The position numbers and the translations under genes were made by a program. A stretch of 61,611 nucleotides of DNA from Roseateles sp. (GTDB lineage: Bacteria > Pseudomonadota > Gammaproteobacteria > Burkholderiales > Burkholderiaceae_C), in assembly GCF_031397715.1 (NCBI RefSeq), contig NZ_JANNMI010000199.1, positions 1 to 61,611 on the forward strand, in the 5' to 3' direction. The notes beneath the pieces are model-generated. The model was given only the letters and a program-made list of their open reading frames with translations. It did no database searches and was not told the origin of the DNA. This document shows positions 39,035 through 48,576 of this stretch, piece after piece; the stretch's first letter is position 1; every line of letters starts with the position of its first letter.

Positions 39035-40059
39035 TGGGGTCGAGCGCCGGGCCGCCCCAAGCCGACCCGCATCCCCTCGGGGGATCGCCCGCCGTACCCG
39101 GTGGGCGAGGGGGCATCCTTCTGGCTCCGATGGAGGGCTTGCTCGACCACATGCTGCGCGATGTGCTGACGCGCGTCGGCGGCATTGACCGCTGCGTGTC
39201 CGAATTCATCCGCATCACCGACCGCTTGATGCCTAACCGCGTCTTCACCCGCATCGTGCCCGAGCTGCTGAACGGCGGGCTGACGCCGGCCGGCGTGCCG
39301 GTGCGCGCGCAATTGCTGGGGTCTGACCCCGTCTGTATGGCCGAGAACGCGGCCAAGTTGGCGGCGCTCAAGCCGGCCGGTATTGACCTGAATTTTGGTT
39401 GCCCGGCCAAGAGCGTCAATCGGCACCGGGGCGGCGCAGTGCTGTTGGATGAGCCCGAGTTGATTCTGCAAATCGTCGGCGCGGTGAAGCGCGCGATGCC
39501 CGTCGGCATGCCGCTGTCGGCCAAGATGCGGCTGGGCTATATGGACGATTCGCGCACGCTGGAATGCGCGCAGGCGATGGTGGCCGGCGGTGCCGAGGAG
39601 CTGGTGATTCATGCCCGCACCAAGGCCGACGGCTACAAGCCTCCCGCCTACTGGGACCGCATCAACGCGGTGCGGACAATGGTGGCGGTGCCGGTCGTGG
39701 CCAACGGCGAGGTCTGGAACGCCGCCGATGCGCAGGCCTGTTTGGATCAGTCCGGCTGCACGGCCCTGATGCTGGGCCGCGGCATGGTCGCCAATCCGGG
39801 CCTGGCGCTGGCGATCTGCGCGCCCGGCACGGCCGCTTTGAGCTGGCAAGCCATGCTGCCGCTGATGCAGCTGTTCTGGGGCCAGGTGATGATTCACATG
39901 CCGGCCAAGCACCAAGCCGGCCGGCTCAAACAGTGGTTGCACTATTTGCGCCGGCATTACCCGCAGGCCGAGGAGGCTTATCTGCGGGTGCGCACGATTA
40001 ACTCGCCACTTGAGCTGCATCTGCAGCTGTTTGGCAGACCCGCGGAGGCCATGCCATGA
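39031..40059 (+). CDS. dusC: tRNA-dihydrouridine synthase C
   Basis: LLAPMEG, DLNFGCP, HARTKADGYKPPAYW, GRLKQWL. Confidence 0.9.
   Translation: MMGSSAGPPQADPHPLGGSPAVPGGRGGILLAPMEGLLDHMLRDVLTRVGGIDRCVSEFIRITDRLMPNRVFTRIVPELLNGGLTPAGVPVRAQLLGSDPVCMAENAAKLAALKPAGIDLNFGCPAKSVNRHRGGAVLLDEPELILQIVGAVKRAMPVGMPLSAKMRLGYMDDSRTLECAQAMVAGGAEELVIHARTKADGYKPPAYWDRINAVRTMVAVPVVANGEVWNAADAQACLDQSGCTALMLGRGMVANPGLALAICAPGTAALSWQAMLPLMQLFWGQVMIHMPAKHQAGRLKQWLHYLRRHYPQAEEAYLRVRTINSPLELHLQLFGRPAEAMP
39045..39114 (+). repeat. Palindromic REP-like element inside the dusC 5' end
   Basis: Head CGCCGGGCCGCCCCAAG shared with 49450; hairpins ATCCCC-TCG-GGGGAT and TCGCCCGCCG-TACC-CGGTGGGCGA; ends GGGGGC. Confidence 0.72.
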
Positions 40060-40439
40060 AACCCACTAAAACCTTGTCGGGCCTGGGCGCGCTCAGCGGC
40101 CTGGTCTATTCCACCGAGACAGGGCGCACTTGCCCGGAATGCCGCCAGGCCAAGGCCGACTGCCGCTGTGGCCGGCCGGTCCCGCCTAAGGGCGACGGCG
40201 TCGTGCGGGTGTCGCGCGAGACCAAGGGTCGGGCCGGCAAGGGCGTCACCTTGGTCAAGGGCGTGCAATTGGACGAGGCCGGCTTGGTCGCGCTGGGCAA
40301 GGTCTTGAAGACCGCCTGCGGCTCCGGCGGCACGGTCAAGGACGGCGTGATCGAGGTGCAGGGCGACCATTGCGAGCGGGTGGTCGAGCTGCTGAAGAAG
40401 ACGCAGCCGGGCTGGACGATCAAGCGGGCGGGGGGCTGA
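40056..40439 (+). CDS. yciH: Translation initiation factor SUI1-like protein
   Basis: RETKGRAGKGVT, LKTACGSGGTVKDGVIEVQGDH. Confidence 0.92.
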   Translation: MKPTKTLSGLGALSGLVYSTETGRTCPECRQAKADCRCGRPVPPKGDGVVRVSRETKGRAGKGVTLVKGVQLDEAGLVALGKVLKTACGSGGTVKDGVIEVQGDHCERVVELLKKTQPGWTIKRAGG

Positions 40440-40489
40440 GGACGGTTCAAAACGAGAGTCGCCCGGAGAAATTGCCCGACACAGGCTGG

Positions 40490-41128
40490 TCAGCGGCCTG
40501 GACTTTGCGGCGTCATCATGTGCTTGATAGCAGTGGAGAACGGTAGTTGGGCTGTAGCCTGGAGTTCCTCTTGCAGCAGCGGCAGCCACTCGTCCTCGCT
40601 GAACTGATGTGACAGCTCGGCAAAGTACTCGGCGGTTTGTTTGTAGCCTACGAGTTCTGTGAATCGAATTTGCCTCAATGGCCCGTTGAGATTGAACAGA
40701 CGAATAGTTTCAGCGGCACGGTGGTCGCTTTTGTCTGAGAGGCCATTTTTTGGGCTAACCGTGCCATCTGGCGAGAATAGAAGATAGTCCTCAGGGTCTT
40801 CCTCGTCTGGTTTTATCAGGTCGGCTGGCGCATATGGTTCAGCACAATCTTTGTGCCTGCCACAACTACAACTTCGGTTGCAGGAGCCAAATAGGTTTGA
40901 CCAAACAAAAGTGACAGTGGGGTCGCGTCCCTTCTGGCGGAAGTGCTCGATGTGCCTGCGGTCTGGAGCAATCCGCGCTTCGCAGTATGCGCAACGGTCA
41001 CCTTGCATCGCTAGCAGTTCGTCCCAGATCGAGTTTTTGTCGAATTGACTCACCTCTGACCAATTGTTCAACCCATGGCGATATCCGCGTAGGCAAGTCG
41101 GCGGTTCGCCTCGATGCAGCTTATGCAT
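40490..41128 (-). CDS. ptuB: PtuB-type HNH endonuclease (Septu / retron Ec78-type effector)
   Basis: CAYCE, HIEHF, WSNLFGSC...CGRHKD, AAETIRLFNLN; 8-bp overlap with upstream ATPase. Confidence 0.82.
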   Translation of the reverse strand: MHKLHRGEPPTCLRGYRHGLNNWSEVSQFDKNSIWDELLAMQGDRCAYCEARIAPDRRHIEHFRQKGRDPTVTFVWSNLFGSCNRSCSCGRHKDCAEPYAPADLIKPDEEDPEDYLLFSPDGTVSPKNGLSDKSDHRAAETIRLFNLNGPLRQIRFTELVGYKQTAEYFAELSHQFSEDEWLPLLQEELQATAQLPFSTAIKHMMTPQSPGR

Positions 41129-42545
41129 TCGGCGATTCACCAATGGATAGCGGAAGTTTTTGTTTGAATACTTGCAGTCGAATCATTCGGGCGCAATCTC
41201 GAATGACGGGATGTTCGGCGCCGAAATGGGCATCGAGTTTGGCCCTCAAAGCCCGACCTTCTTCGCTTTCATGTAGATTTTGCTGAATAAGCGCGTGATA
41301 GCTGGAAAGCTTGCGTGCCTCTGGAACATCAGGAACAGGATCGACTCCCATAATTTGAGCGAGGAGGTCCGCGCTTGAGACTCCGCGTGTTTGGATCTGA
41401 ATCGGTTCAACGACTGTGGTCGTATGGTGCGATTCAGGGTCTGTGAACTGTCGCAGCTTCCGGATGCAGGCAGCGTCGACGCTGGTCAATACCTGTGGGC
41501 TGTGGGTGGTGACGATGAACTGCAGTTCCGGAAAGGCGGTCGTTAGGCACTGCATTACGACTTGTTGCCATTCTGGATGTAGGTGCAGTTCGACTTCGTC
41601 GATCAGCACAATGCCGGCGGTTTCCTTGGCAGCCCTATTACCCTTGTGTGGATTCAGTTTGGTAGCGCGAAAAGCGATGTCGGCAACCATGGCAATCATA
41701 TTGCGAATGCCATCACTAAGCAGGGAAACAGGCAGTTCCCCATGCAATTCATGGTGTGCCACAAGTTCTTCACGGGCAAGTGAATAGGAAAGTTCGCCCC
41801 AGCCCGCAGGCGCAAGGCAGGTGTTGACGGCCTCAGCTACCGATTCAAGGTAATGGTCGAACTCTGTGGGCTCAAAGCGGCGACCGGTTTTGCTGGCTTC
41901 TAACTGCCCCTTGAATGCGTTGGTGCTCCAGTACCGAAACCAGGCCTCGAAGATTTTGTAACTGGAACCCGGATCTAGGCAGTCGGTATACCCAATCGTT
42001 CTAGAAGTTCGTGGTAGCTTGCCCTCCATCAGTTTCTTTTGTTGCCACAAGCGACTTGTGCCGTAGTAGGCCAGCAAGGGCAGCATGACGTCGGTTCCAG
42101 GCGTTCTAACTGCAACTTGCTGGCGTTTGCCGAAGTCGATCAGCTCCTTTGCATCTTTGATGGTGGTCTTTGCCTTGGTCGGGCCAGCTAGGCTGCGCCT
42201 CCATGTGGCATTGGAGGGTACTTCACCGAGTAGCTCAAGCAAAGTGCCGGGTATGTGCCCAGTGGCCTCTAAGCGAATACCTTTGGGTGCGAATTCCATT
42301 TCATTGCTGGCAGTATCCCGGACTGCGGTAAGTCGAATGTCGCTTGGCTTAAAGCTTTTCCCGATACTTTCATCAAACGCACCGACATACGGGCCGAAAG
42401 CGACTGCAATGGCGTCCAGAATCGATGTCTTGCCAGCTCCATTCGATGCGACGAGAACGGTTACCCGTGCGTGGAAGTCGAGATCAATTGCTTCAAAACA
42501 GCGATAGTCTCGCAGCCTTAATTTTTGTATGTTCAGGTTCGGCAT
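41121..42545 (-). CDS. ptuA: PtuA-type ABC/AAA ATPase (Septu / retron Ec78-type effector)
   Basis: Walker A ASNGAGKTS, YYGTSRLW, signature LSDG, Walker B LIDEVELHLHPEWQ, H-loop VTTHSPQV; AT-richer codon usage. Confidence 0.85.
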   Translation of the reverse strand: MPNLNIQKLRLRDYRCFEAIDLDFHARVTVLVASNGAGKTSILDAIAVAFGPYVGAFDESIGKSFKPSDIRLTAVRDTASNEMEFAPKGIRLEATGHIPGTLLELLGEVPSNATWRRSLAGPTKAKTTIKDAKELIDFGKRQQVAVRTPGTDVMLPLLAYYGTSRLWQQKKLMEGKLPRTSRTIGYTDCLDPGSSYKIFEAWFRYWSTNAFKGQLEASKTGRRFEPTEFDHYLESVAEAVNTCLAPAGWGELSYSLAREELVAHHELHGELPVSLLSDGIRNMIAMVADIAFRATKLNPHKGNRAAKETAGIVLIDEVELHLHPEWQQVVMQCLTTAFPELQFIVTTHSPQVLTSVDAACIRKLRQFTDPESHHTTTVVEPIQIQTRGVSSADLLAQIMGVDPVPDVPEARKLSSYHALIQQNLHESEEGRALRAKLDAHFGAEHPVIRDCARMIRLQVFKQKLPLSIGESPNA

Positions 42546-42809
42546 AGGTTTTGTTGCTCGGTTTATATTCGCGTGCAATTTCAAATCTTATCTATTCGGC
42601 AGTAGAAGTGGACCTGTTTTACTTCGGCGAGCAGAGCATTCGTAATTGGAGACACGAATTGGTCAGGGTCCAGTTAGTGAAGGATCTTACGTGCATGACG
42701 TGAGAGGTGGAGATAGCAAACCGGCGAACGATGGCATGCGTCGGAGTCCTCGAAGGGCAGCGGAGGTGCCGCGGCAGTTCATTGCGCTGCAGCCTGGGAT
42801 AATCAAGCC

Positions 42810-44234
<1,425 letters not shown>

Positions 44235-44411
44235 TCTCGCCAAGGAGCCACCAGGTTTTCGTGACAAATTGGTGTCAGCGAAAGTCCTAGTCCACCGCAA
44301 GTGTTCATCCGACGTTATTTTGAGACGTATGCACATGGTCTTCCCCTCAGAAGGGGTCTAGTCTTCAGACAGGCAGAACTAGATCATGGTGACAGCTCAG
44401 GAGTAAACAAG

Positions 44412-44663
44412 ATGGACACCCAATTTATGCAAAGCAGTAGCAGGCAAAACCCACCCGCACCCATGCCGCCGGACACCGAGCAGTTCGAGTTGCGTTTCCA
44501 ATCGCTGTTCCACAGCGGCAAGGCCTTGGCCTTCCCCTGCGATGCACAGGGCGATGTATTGATGGACGTGCTCAGCGCCAGGGCGCTGGATAACTATCTG
44601 TTCGCCCGCGCCGTGGTCGGCCATGAATACGCGAACCCGGTCGTGCTGGTTCGCGAGGACTGA
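44412..44663 (+). CDS. Small hypothetical protein
   Basis: AGGAG RBS before ATG; genome-like codon usage; FELRFQSLF...AFPCDAQG...NYLFARAVVG. Confidence 0.7.
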   Translation: MDTQFMQSSSRQNPPAPMPPDTEQFELRFQSLFHSGKALAFPCDAQGDVLMDVLSARALDNYLFARAVVGHEYANPVVLVRED

Positions 44664-44674
44664 AGTTTTTTTGC

Positions 44675-46462
44675 CTACTTTGACCAGCCGTCCTTCAGCC
44701 CGGTGATCTTGTTGAAGACCGGCCTGTCGGTTTGGTGGTCAATGCGGTCGGCAACGAAATAGCCGTGCCGCTCGAATTGAAAGTTATCACCGGCCGCCAC
44801 TTGCGCCAATGAGGGCTCCAAAAAGGCCGTGATCACGCGACGGCTCTGCGGATTGATGAAGCTCAAGAAGTCACCGTCCCCACTGTCTGGCTGCTCTACC
44901 GTGAACAAACGGTCATACAGCCGCACCTCGGCCTCAATCGCCTCATGCACGCTGACCCAGGTGATGGCACTCTTGACCTTGACCGCGTCGGCGCCCGGCG
45001 TGCCGCTCTTGGTGTCCGGCACCACGCTGGCCAGCACGGCGGTGATGTTGCCGCTGGCATCTTTCTCGCAGCCGGTGCACTCGATCACATAGCCGTATTT
45101 CAGCCTGGTCTTGTTGCCGGGGTAGAGGCGGTGATAGCCCTTCACCGGCACTTCCATGAAGTCGCCGGCCTCGATCCAGACCTCGTGGCCAAGACCGAAT
45201 TCGCGCTGTCCCAGTTCCGGCAATTGCGGATGGGCCGGCGCGCTGCTGGTTTCAATATGCGCGTCGCTGCCGAACAGCTCAGCCCAGTTCGTCAACTTCA
45301 ATTTAAGCGGATCCAGCACCGCGCAGGCGCGTGCCGCCTTGCCCTCCAGATCGGCGCGCAGGCAGCCGTCCAGCACCGAGTAATCGAGCCAGGCATTGCT
45401 TTTGGTCACGCCGGTGGCCTCGACCATATTGCGGATGCTGGCCGGCGTGTAGCCGCGCCGGCGCATGCCCACCAGAGTCGGTAGGCGCGGATCATCCCAG
45501 CCGTCCACATGGCCCTCGTCGACCAGTTGGCGCAGCTTGCGCTTGGAGGTGACGACATAAGTCAGGTTGAGGCGGCCGAATTCGTATTGTTTGGGCAGCG
45601 GATGGGCCAGCAAACCACCGTCGGCCAGATGGCCCAGCAGCCAGTCGTAGAACGGCCGCTGGTCTTCGAATTCGAGCGTGCACAGGCTGTGCGTGATGCG
45701 CTCCAGCGCGTCCTCGATCGGATGGGCGAAGGTGTACATCGGGTAGATGCACCAGGTGTCGCCGGTGTTGTGGTGGGTGGCGCGGCGGATGCGGTAGAGC
45801 GCCGGGTCGCGCAGATTGATGTTCGGCGCTGCCATATCGATCTTGGCGCGCAGCACCATCGCGCCGTCCGCGTGCTTGCCGTCGCGCATTTCTTGCAAGC
45901 GCAGCAAGTTGTCGGCCGGGCTGCGGCTGCGGAACGGGCTGTCGACGCCGGGGCGGCCGAAGTCACCGCGACTGAAGCGCATCTCCTCGGGCGTCTGCTC
46001 GTCCACATAGGCCAGGCCGGCCGTCACCAGATACTCGGCGGCGCGGTACATGAAGTCGAAATAGTTGCTGGCGAAGAACAGGTGGGATGTGCCGCCGGCG
46101 TTCCAATCCCAGCCCAACCAAGCGACCATCTCCTGGATCGCGTCGACATACTCCTGCTCTTCTTTTTCGGGGTTGGTGTCGTCGAAGCGCAGATGGCAGA
46201 TGCCGGCGTAGTCACGCGCCAGGCCGAAGTTCAGGCAGATGCTCTTGGCGTGGCCGATATGCAGGTAGCCGTTCGGCTCAGGCGGAAAACGGGTGCGGAT
46301 CCGCGCTGCATCCAGCGGGCCGGCGGCGTGATGGGCGGCGTCGCCAGGTGTGCCGGCGAAATGACGCTCAGGCTGCCCAGCCAGTGCCAAGTCGCGCTCG
46401 ATGATGCTGCGCAGGAAGTTGTTGCTGAGGGCGGGCTTGGTGTCGGCAGTCGGATCGGACAT
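44675..46462 (-). CDS. glnS: Glutamine--tRNA ligase
   Basis: TRFPPEPNGYLHIGHAK, THSLCTLEFE, TSKRKL, FQFERHGYF. Confidence 0.97.
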   Translation of the reverse strand: MSDPTADTKPALSNNFLRSIIERDLALAGQPERHFAGTPGDAAHHAAGPLDAARIRTRFPPEPNGYLHIGHAKSICLNFGLARDYAGICHLRFDDTNPEKEEQEYVDAIQEMVAWLGWDWNAGGTSHLFFASNYFDFMYRAAEYLVTAGLAYVDEQTPEEMRFSRGDFGRPGVDSPFRSRSPADNLLRLQEMRDGKHADGAMVLRAKIDMAAPNINLRDPALYRIRRATHHNTGDTWCIYPMYTFAHPIEDALERITHSLCTLEFEDQRPFYDWLLGHLADGGLLAHPLPKQYEFGRLNLTYVVTSKRKLRQLVDEGHVDGWDDPRLPTLVGMRRRGYTPASIRNMVEATGVTKSNAWLDYSVLDGCLRADLEGKAARACAVLDPLKLKLTNWAELFGSDAHIETSSAPAHPQLPELGQREFGLGHEVWIEAGDFMEVPVKGYHRLYPGNKTRLKYGYVIECTGCEKDASGNITAVLASVVPDTKSGTPGADAVKVKSAITWVSVHEAIEAEVRLYDRLFTVEQPDSGDGDFLSFINPQSRRVITAFLEPSLAQVAAGDNFQFERHGYFVADRIDHQTDRPVFNKITGLKDGWSK

Positions 46463-46525
46463 CGGGTAGGGGCAGGGCAGCAGGGCTGCGCCGTCAAAGT
46501 GGCGGGTTTGCGCCGATTTTATCGG

Positions 46526-47338
46526 CTACATGCCCTTGAACAAATGCGTGTACATGCGGCTGACCGTCAGCCGGTCTTTGCTGCCGTGCAAGTAGAGTGT
46601 TAGTTTGCCGGATTCATCGCGCACTGCGCGATCAATCGCGTCGCAGCGCACGACCACGCTGCGGTGGACTTGCCAGAAGCGCGCGGCGTCTAGTTGCGGC
46701 AGCAACTCGCGCAGCGAGGTGCGCATCAAATGCTCTTTGTTGGGCGTCAGCACGCGCACATACTTGTCGGCCGCCTCGAAATAGAGCACTTCGTCAACCG
46801 GCAGCATCTGGATGGCGCTGCCCTGCGCGATTTGCAAGAGGCGCAGCGGTGCTTGAACTGAGGGCGGGGGTAGGGATGTGCCCAGCATCAAGCGCAGTTG
46901 CTCGACCGCTTGCGCGATTTTCTCCTCGGCCTTGCCTTCACTTTGACGCAAGGCCAGGGCCGTCTGCAAGCGTAGGCAAGTCTGCGCCAGTCGCTCGGGG
47001 CTGACCGGCTTGAGCACATAGTCGACGGCGGCGCGCTCAAACGCTTGCAGCGCGTATTGGTCATAGGCGCTGACGAAAACCAGCAAGGGAAAGGCCTTCT
47101 CGTGCGACCAGTCCTCGGCCAGCGCCTGCGCCTGCGCCGCTTCCAGGCCGCTCATGCCCGGCATGCGGATGTCGAGGAAGCAGATGTCGGGCTGCAGGCG
47201 CAGCGCGGCGTCCACGGCGGCTTGGCCATGCGGGGCGGTGGCGATGATCTGCAAGTCCGGCCACAGGCGCGCCAGTTCTTGGCGCAGGTTTTCAGCCAGC
47301 AGGGGCTCGTCTTCGGCAATCAGGGCTGTGATGTTCAT
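46526..47338 (-). CDS. LytTR-family response regulator
   Basis: LIAEDEPL receiver; C-terminal FWQVHRSVVV...LTVSR LytTR domain. Confidence 0.92.
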   Translation of the reverse strand: MNITALIAEDEPLLAENLRQELARLWPDLQIIATAPHGQAAVDAALRLQPDICFLDIRMPGMSGLEAAQAQALAEDWSHEKAFPLLVFVSAYDQYALQAFERAAVDYVLKPVSPERLAQTCLRLQTALALRQSEGKAEEKIAQAVEQLRLMLGTSLPPPSVQAPLRLLQIAQGSAIQMLPVDEVLYFEAADKYVRVLTPNKEHLMRTSLRELLPQLDAARFWQVHRSVVVRCDAIDRAVRDESGKLTLYLHGSKDRLTVSRMYTHLFKGM

Positions 47339-48441
47339 GGCGTCTCGATCGGAATTTCCACCGTTACCAAGGTGCCACTGCCTGCAGCAGGGGCGATGTT
47401 CAGCGTGGCGGCGGGGCCGTACTGGGTGGCCAGGCGTTCGCGCACTTGGTGCAGGCCGAAACCACTGCCTGCTTGCGCCTCAGCGCTGCCGGCTTGGCTC
47501 AACCCGACACCGCTGTCGCTGACGGTGAGCTGCAGATGCCGGCCGACCCGGCGTGCCGTGACGCGCAGCTCACCGCCCTCAATGGCCGGCTCCAGGCCAT
47601 GCTTGATGGCGTTCTCGACCAGCGGTTGCAGCAGCAGCGGCGCAATGCTCAGTTCGGCCAGTTCGGCCGGCAGATCCAAGACCGGCCGCAGCCTGGCACC
47701 CATGCGAATCTGCATCAAGCCCAGATAGTCATTCAGGCGGGCAAATTCCTCGCGCAGCGGATGGCTGCCGGACCGTGAGGCGTTCAGCGTGGCGCGCAAG
47801 AAGGCGATCAGCTGATCCAGCATCGCTTGCGCGCGCGACGGATCCAGGCCGATCAACACGCGCAGATTGGCCAGCGTGTTGAACAACATATGCGGCTCCA
47901 GCTGCGACTCCAGCAGGCGCAGCTTGTTCTCGGCGGCAAGGCGCTGGGCGGTCAGCAATTGGGCGTTGGCGCTGGCGATGTGGCTGCGGTTGACGAAATA
48001 AAAAGTCACCACCATGCCGGGCAGCAGCGAGATCAGCAAGATGCTGAGCAGGTTGCGCAGATCACCGGAGTGCAAGCTGGGGTTGCGCAGGCCCGAGATC
48101 AGGTTGCCGAGCTCATTGCCGATGGCCGCACCCAAGAACGTGCCCAGCACCAGGCTCAAGCTCATCAGCGGCCAGCCCGGCCATTCCAGCGGCGGCTCGG
48201 TCTTGGGTCGGCGCTGATTGAGCCAATAGGTCGACCCACAGCTGAGCAGCTGGATCATCGTGGAGCAAGCCGCGCTGATGCAAAAGGTGAAGAGCAGCAC
48301 GATGCCCCAAGGCTGGCGGAACACCAGTAACTGGATCAGGCTGAATACTGCCGTGATGGCCAAGACGATCGCCAGCTGATTCAGCGCTCGTCTCAACAGG
48401 CCGAGTGGCAAGGGTTTGGCTGGGGGCGGATTGGATGTCAT
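47335..48441 (-). CDS. LytS-family sensor histidine kinase
   Basis: Four N-terminal TM segments; QLEPHMLFNTL, LQPLVENAIKHG, GFGLHQVRERL. Confidence 0.92.
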   Translation of the reverse strand: MTSNPPPAKPLPLGLLRRALNQLAIVLAITAVFSLIQLLVFRQPWGIVLLFTFCISAACSTMIQLLSCGSTYWLNQRRPKTEPPLEWPGWPLMSLSLVLGTFLGAAIGNELGNLISGLRNPSLHSGDLRNLLSILLISLLPGMVVTFYFVNRSHIASANAQLLTAQRLAAENKLRLLESQLEPHMLFNTLANLRVLIGLDPSRAQAMLDQLIAFLRATLNASRSGSHPLREEFARLNDYLGLMQIRMGARLRPVLDLPAELAELSIAPLLLQPLVENAIKHGLEPAIEGGELRVTARRVGRHLQLTVSDSGVGLSQAGSAEAQAGSGFGLHQVRERLATQYGPAATLNIAPAAGSGTLVTVEIPIETP

Positions 48442-48576
48442 GTCAGGGAAATAGGGCCAGCGGTCATGATGGGCTGCGGCAGGCTGTGCGGACAGCGTCC
48501 TGCGACCAAATGCAGATTGGCGGCGCCAACGCCGGTGGGTGCGGCGCCAGCGTCACTGGTGCCTTCGGGCCTGCCC

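Noticed and set aside
42577-42725. Interrupted minus-strand frame (…HARKILH*LDPDQFVSP…) as a remnant of an RT C-terminus
   Set aside because: Too short and without a diagnostic motif; needs tBLASTn support
40436-42800. Target-site duplication or att sites flanking the ptuAB island
   Set aside because: Only short imperfect matches were found, as expected by chance
40490-42809. Complete retron (Ec78-like)
   Set aside because: No ORF with RT motifs (YADD) is present, there is no room for one upstream of ptuA, and no clear msr/msd a1/a2 repeats were found
47120-47140. 6-bp duplication in the LytTR regulator (AQAQA)
   Set aside because: Trivial in-frame slippage with no evident functional effect
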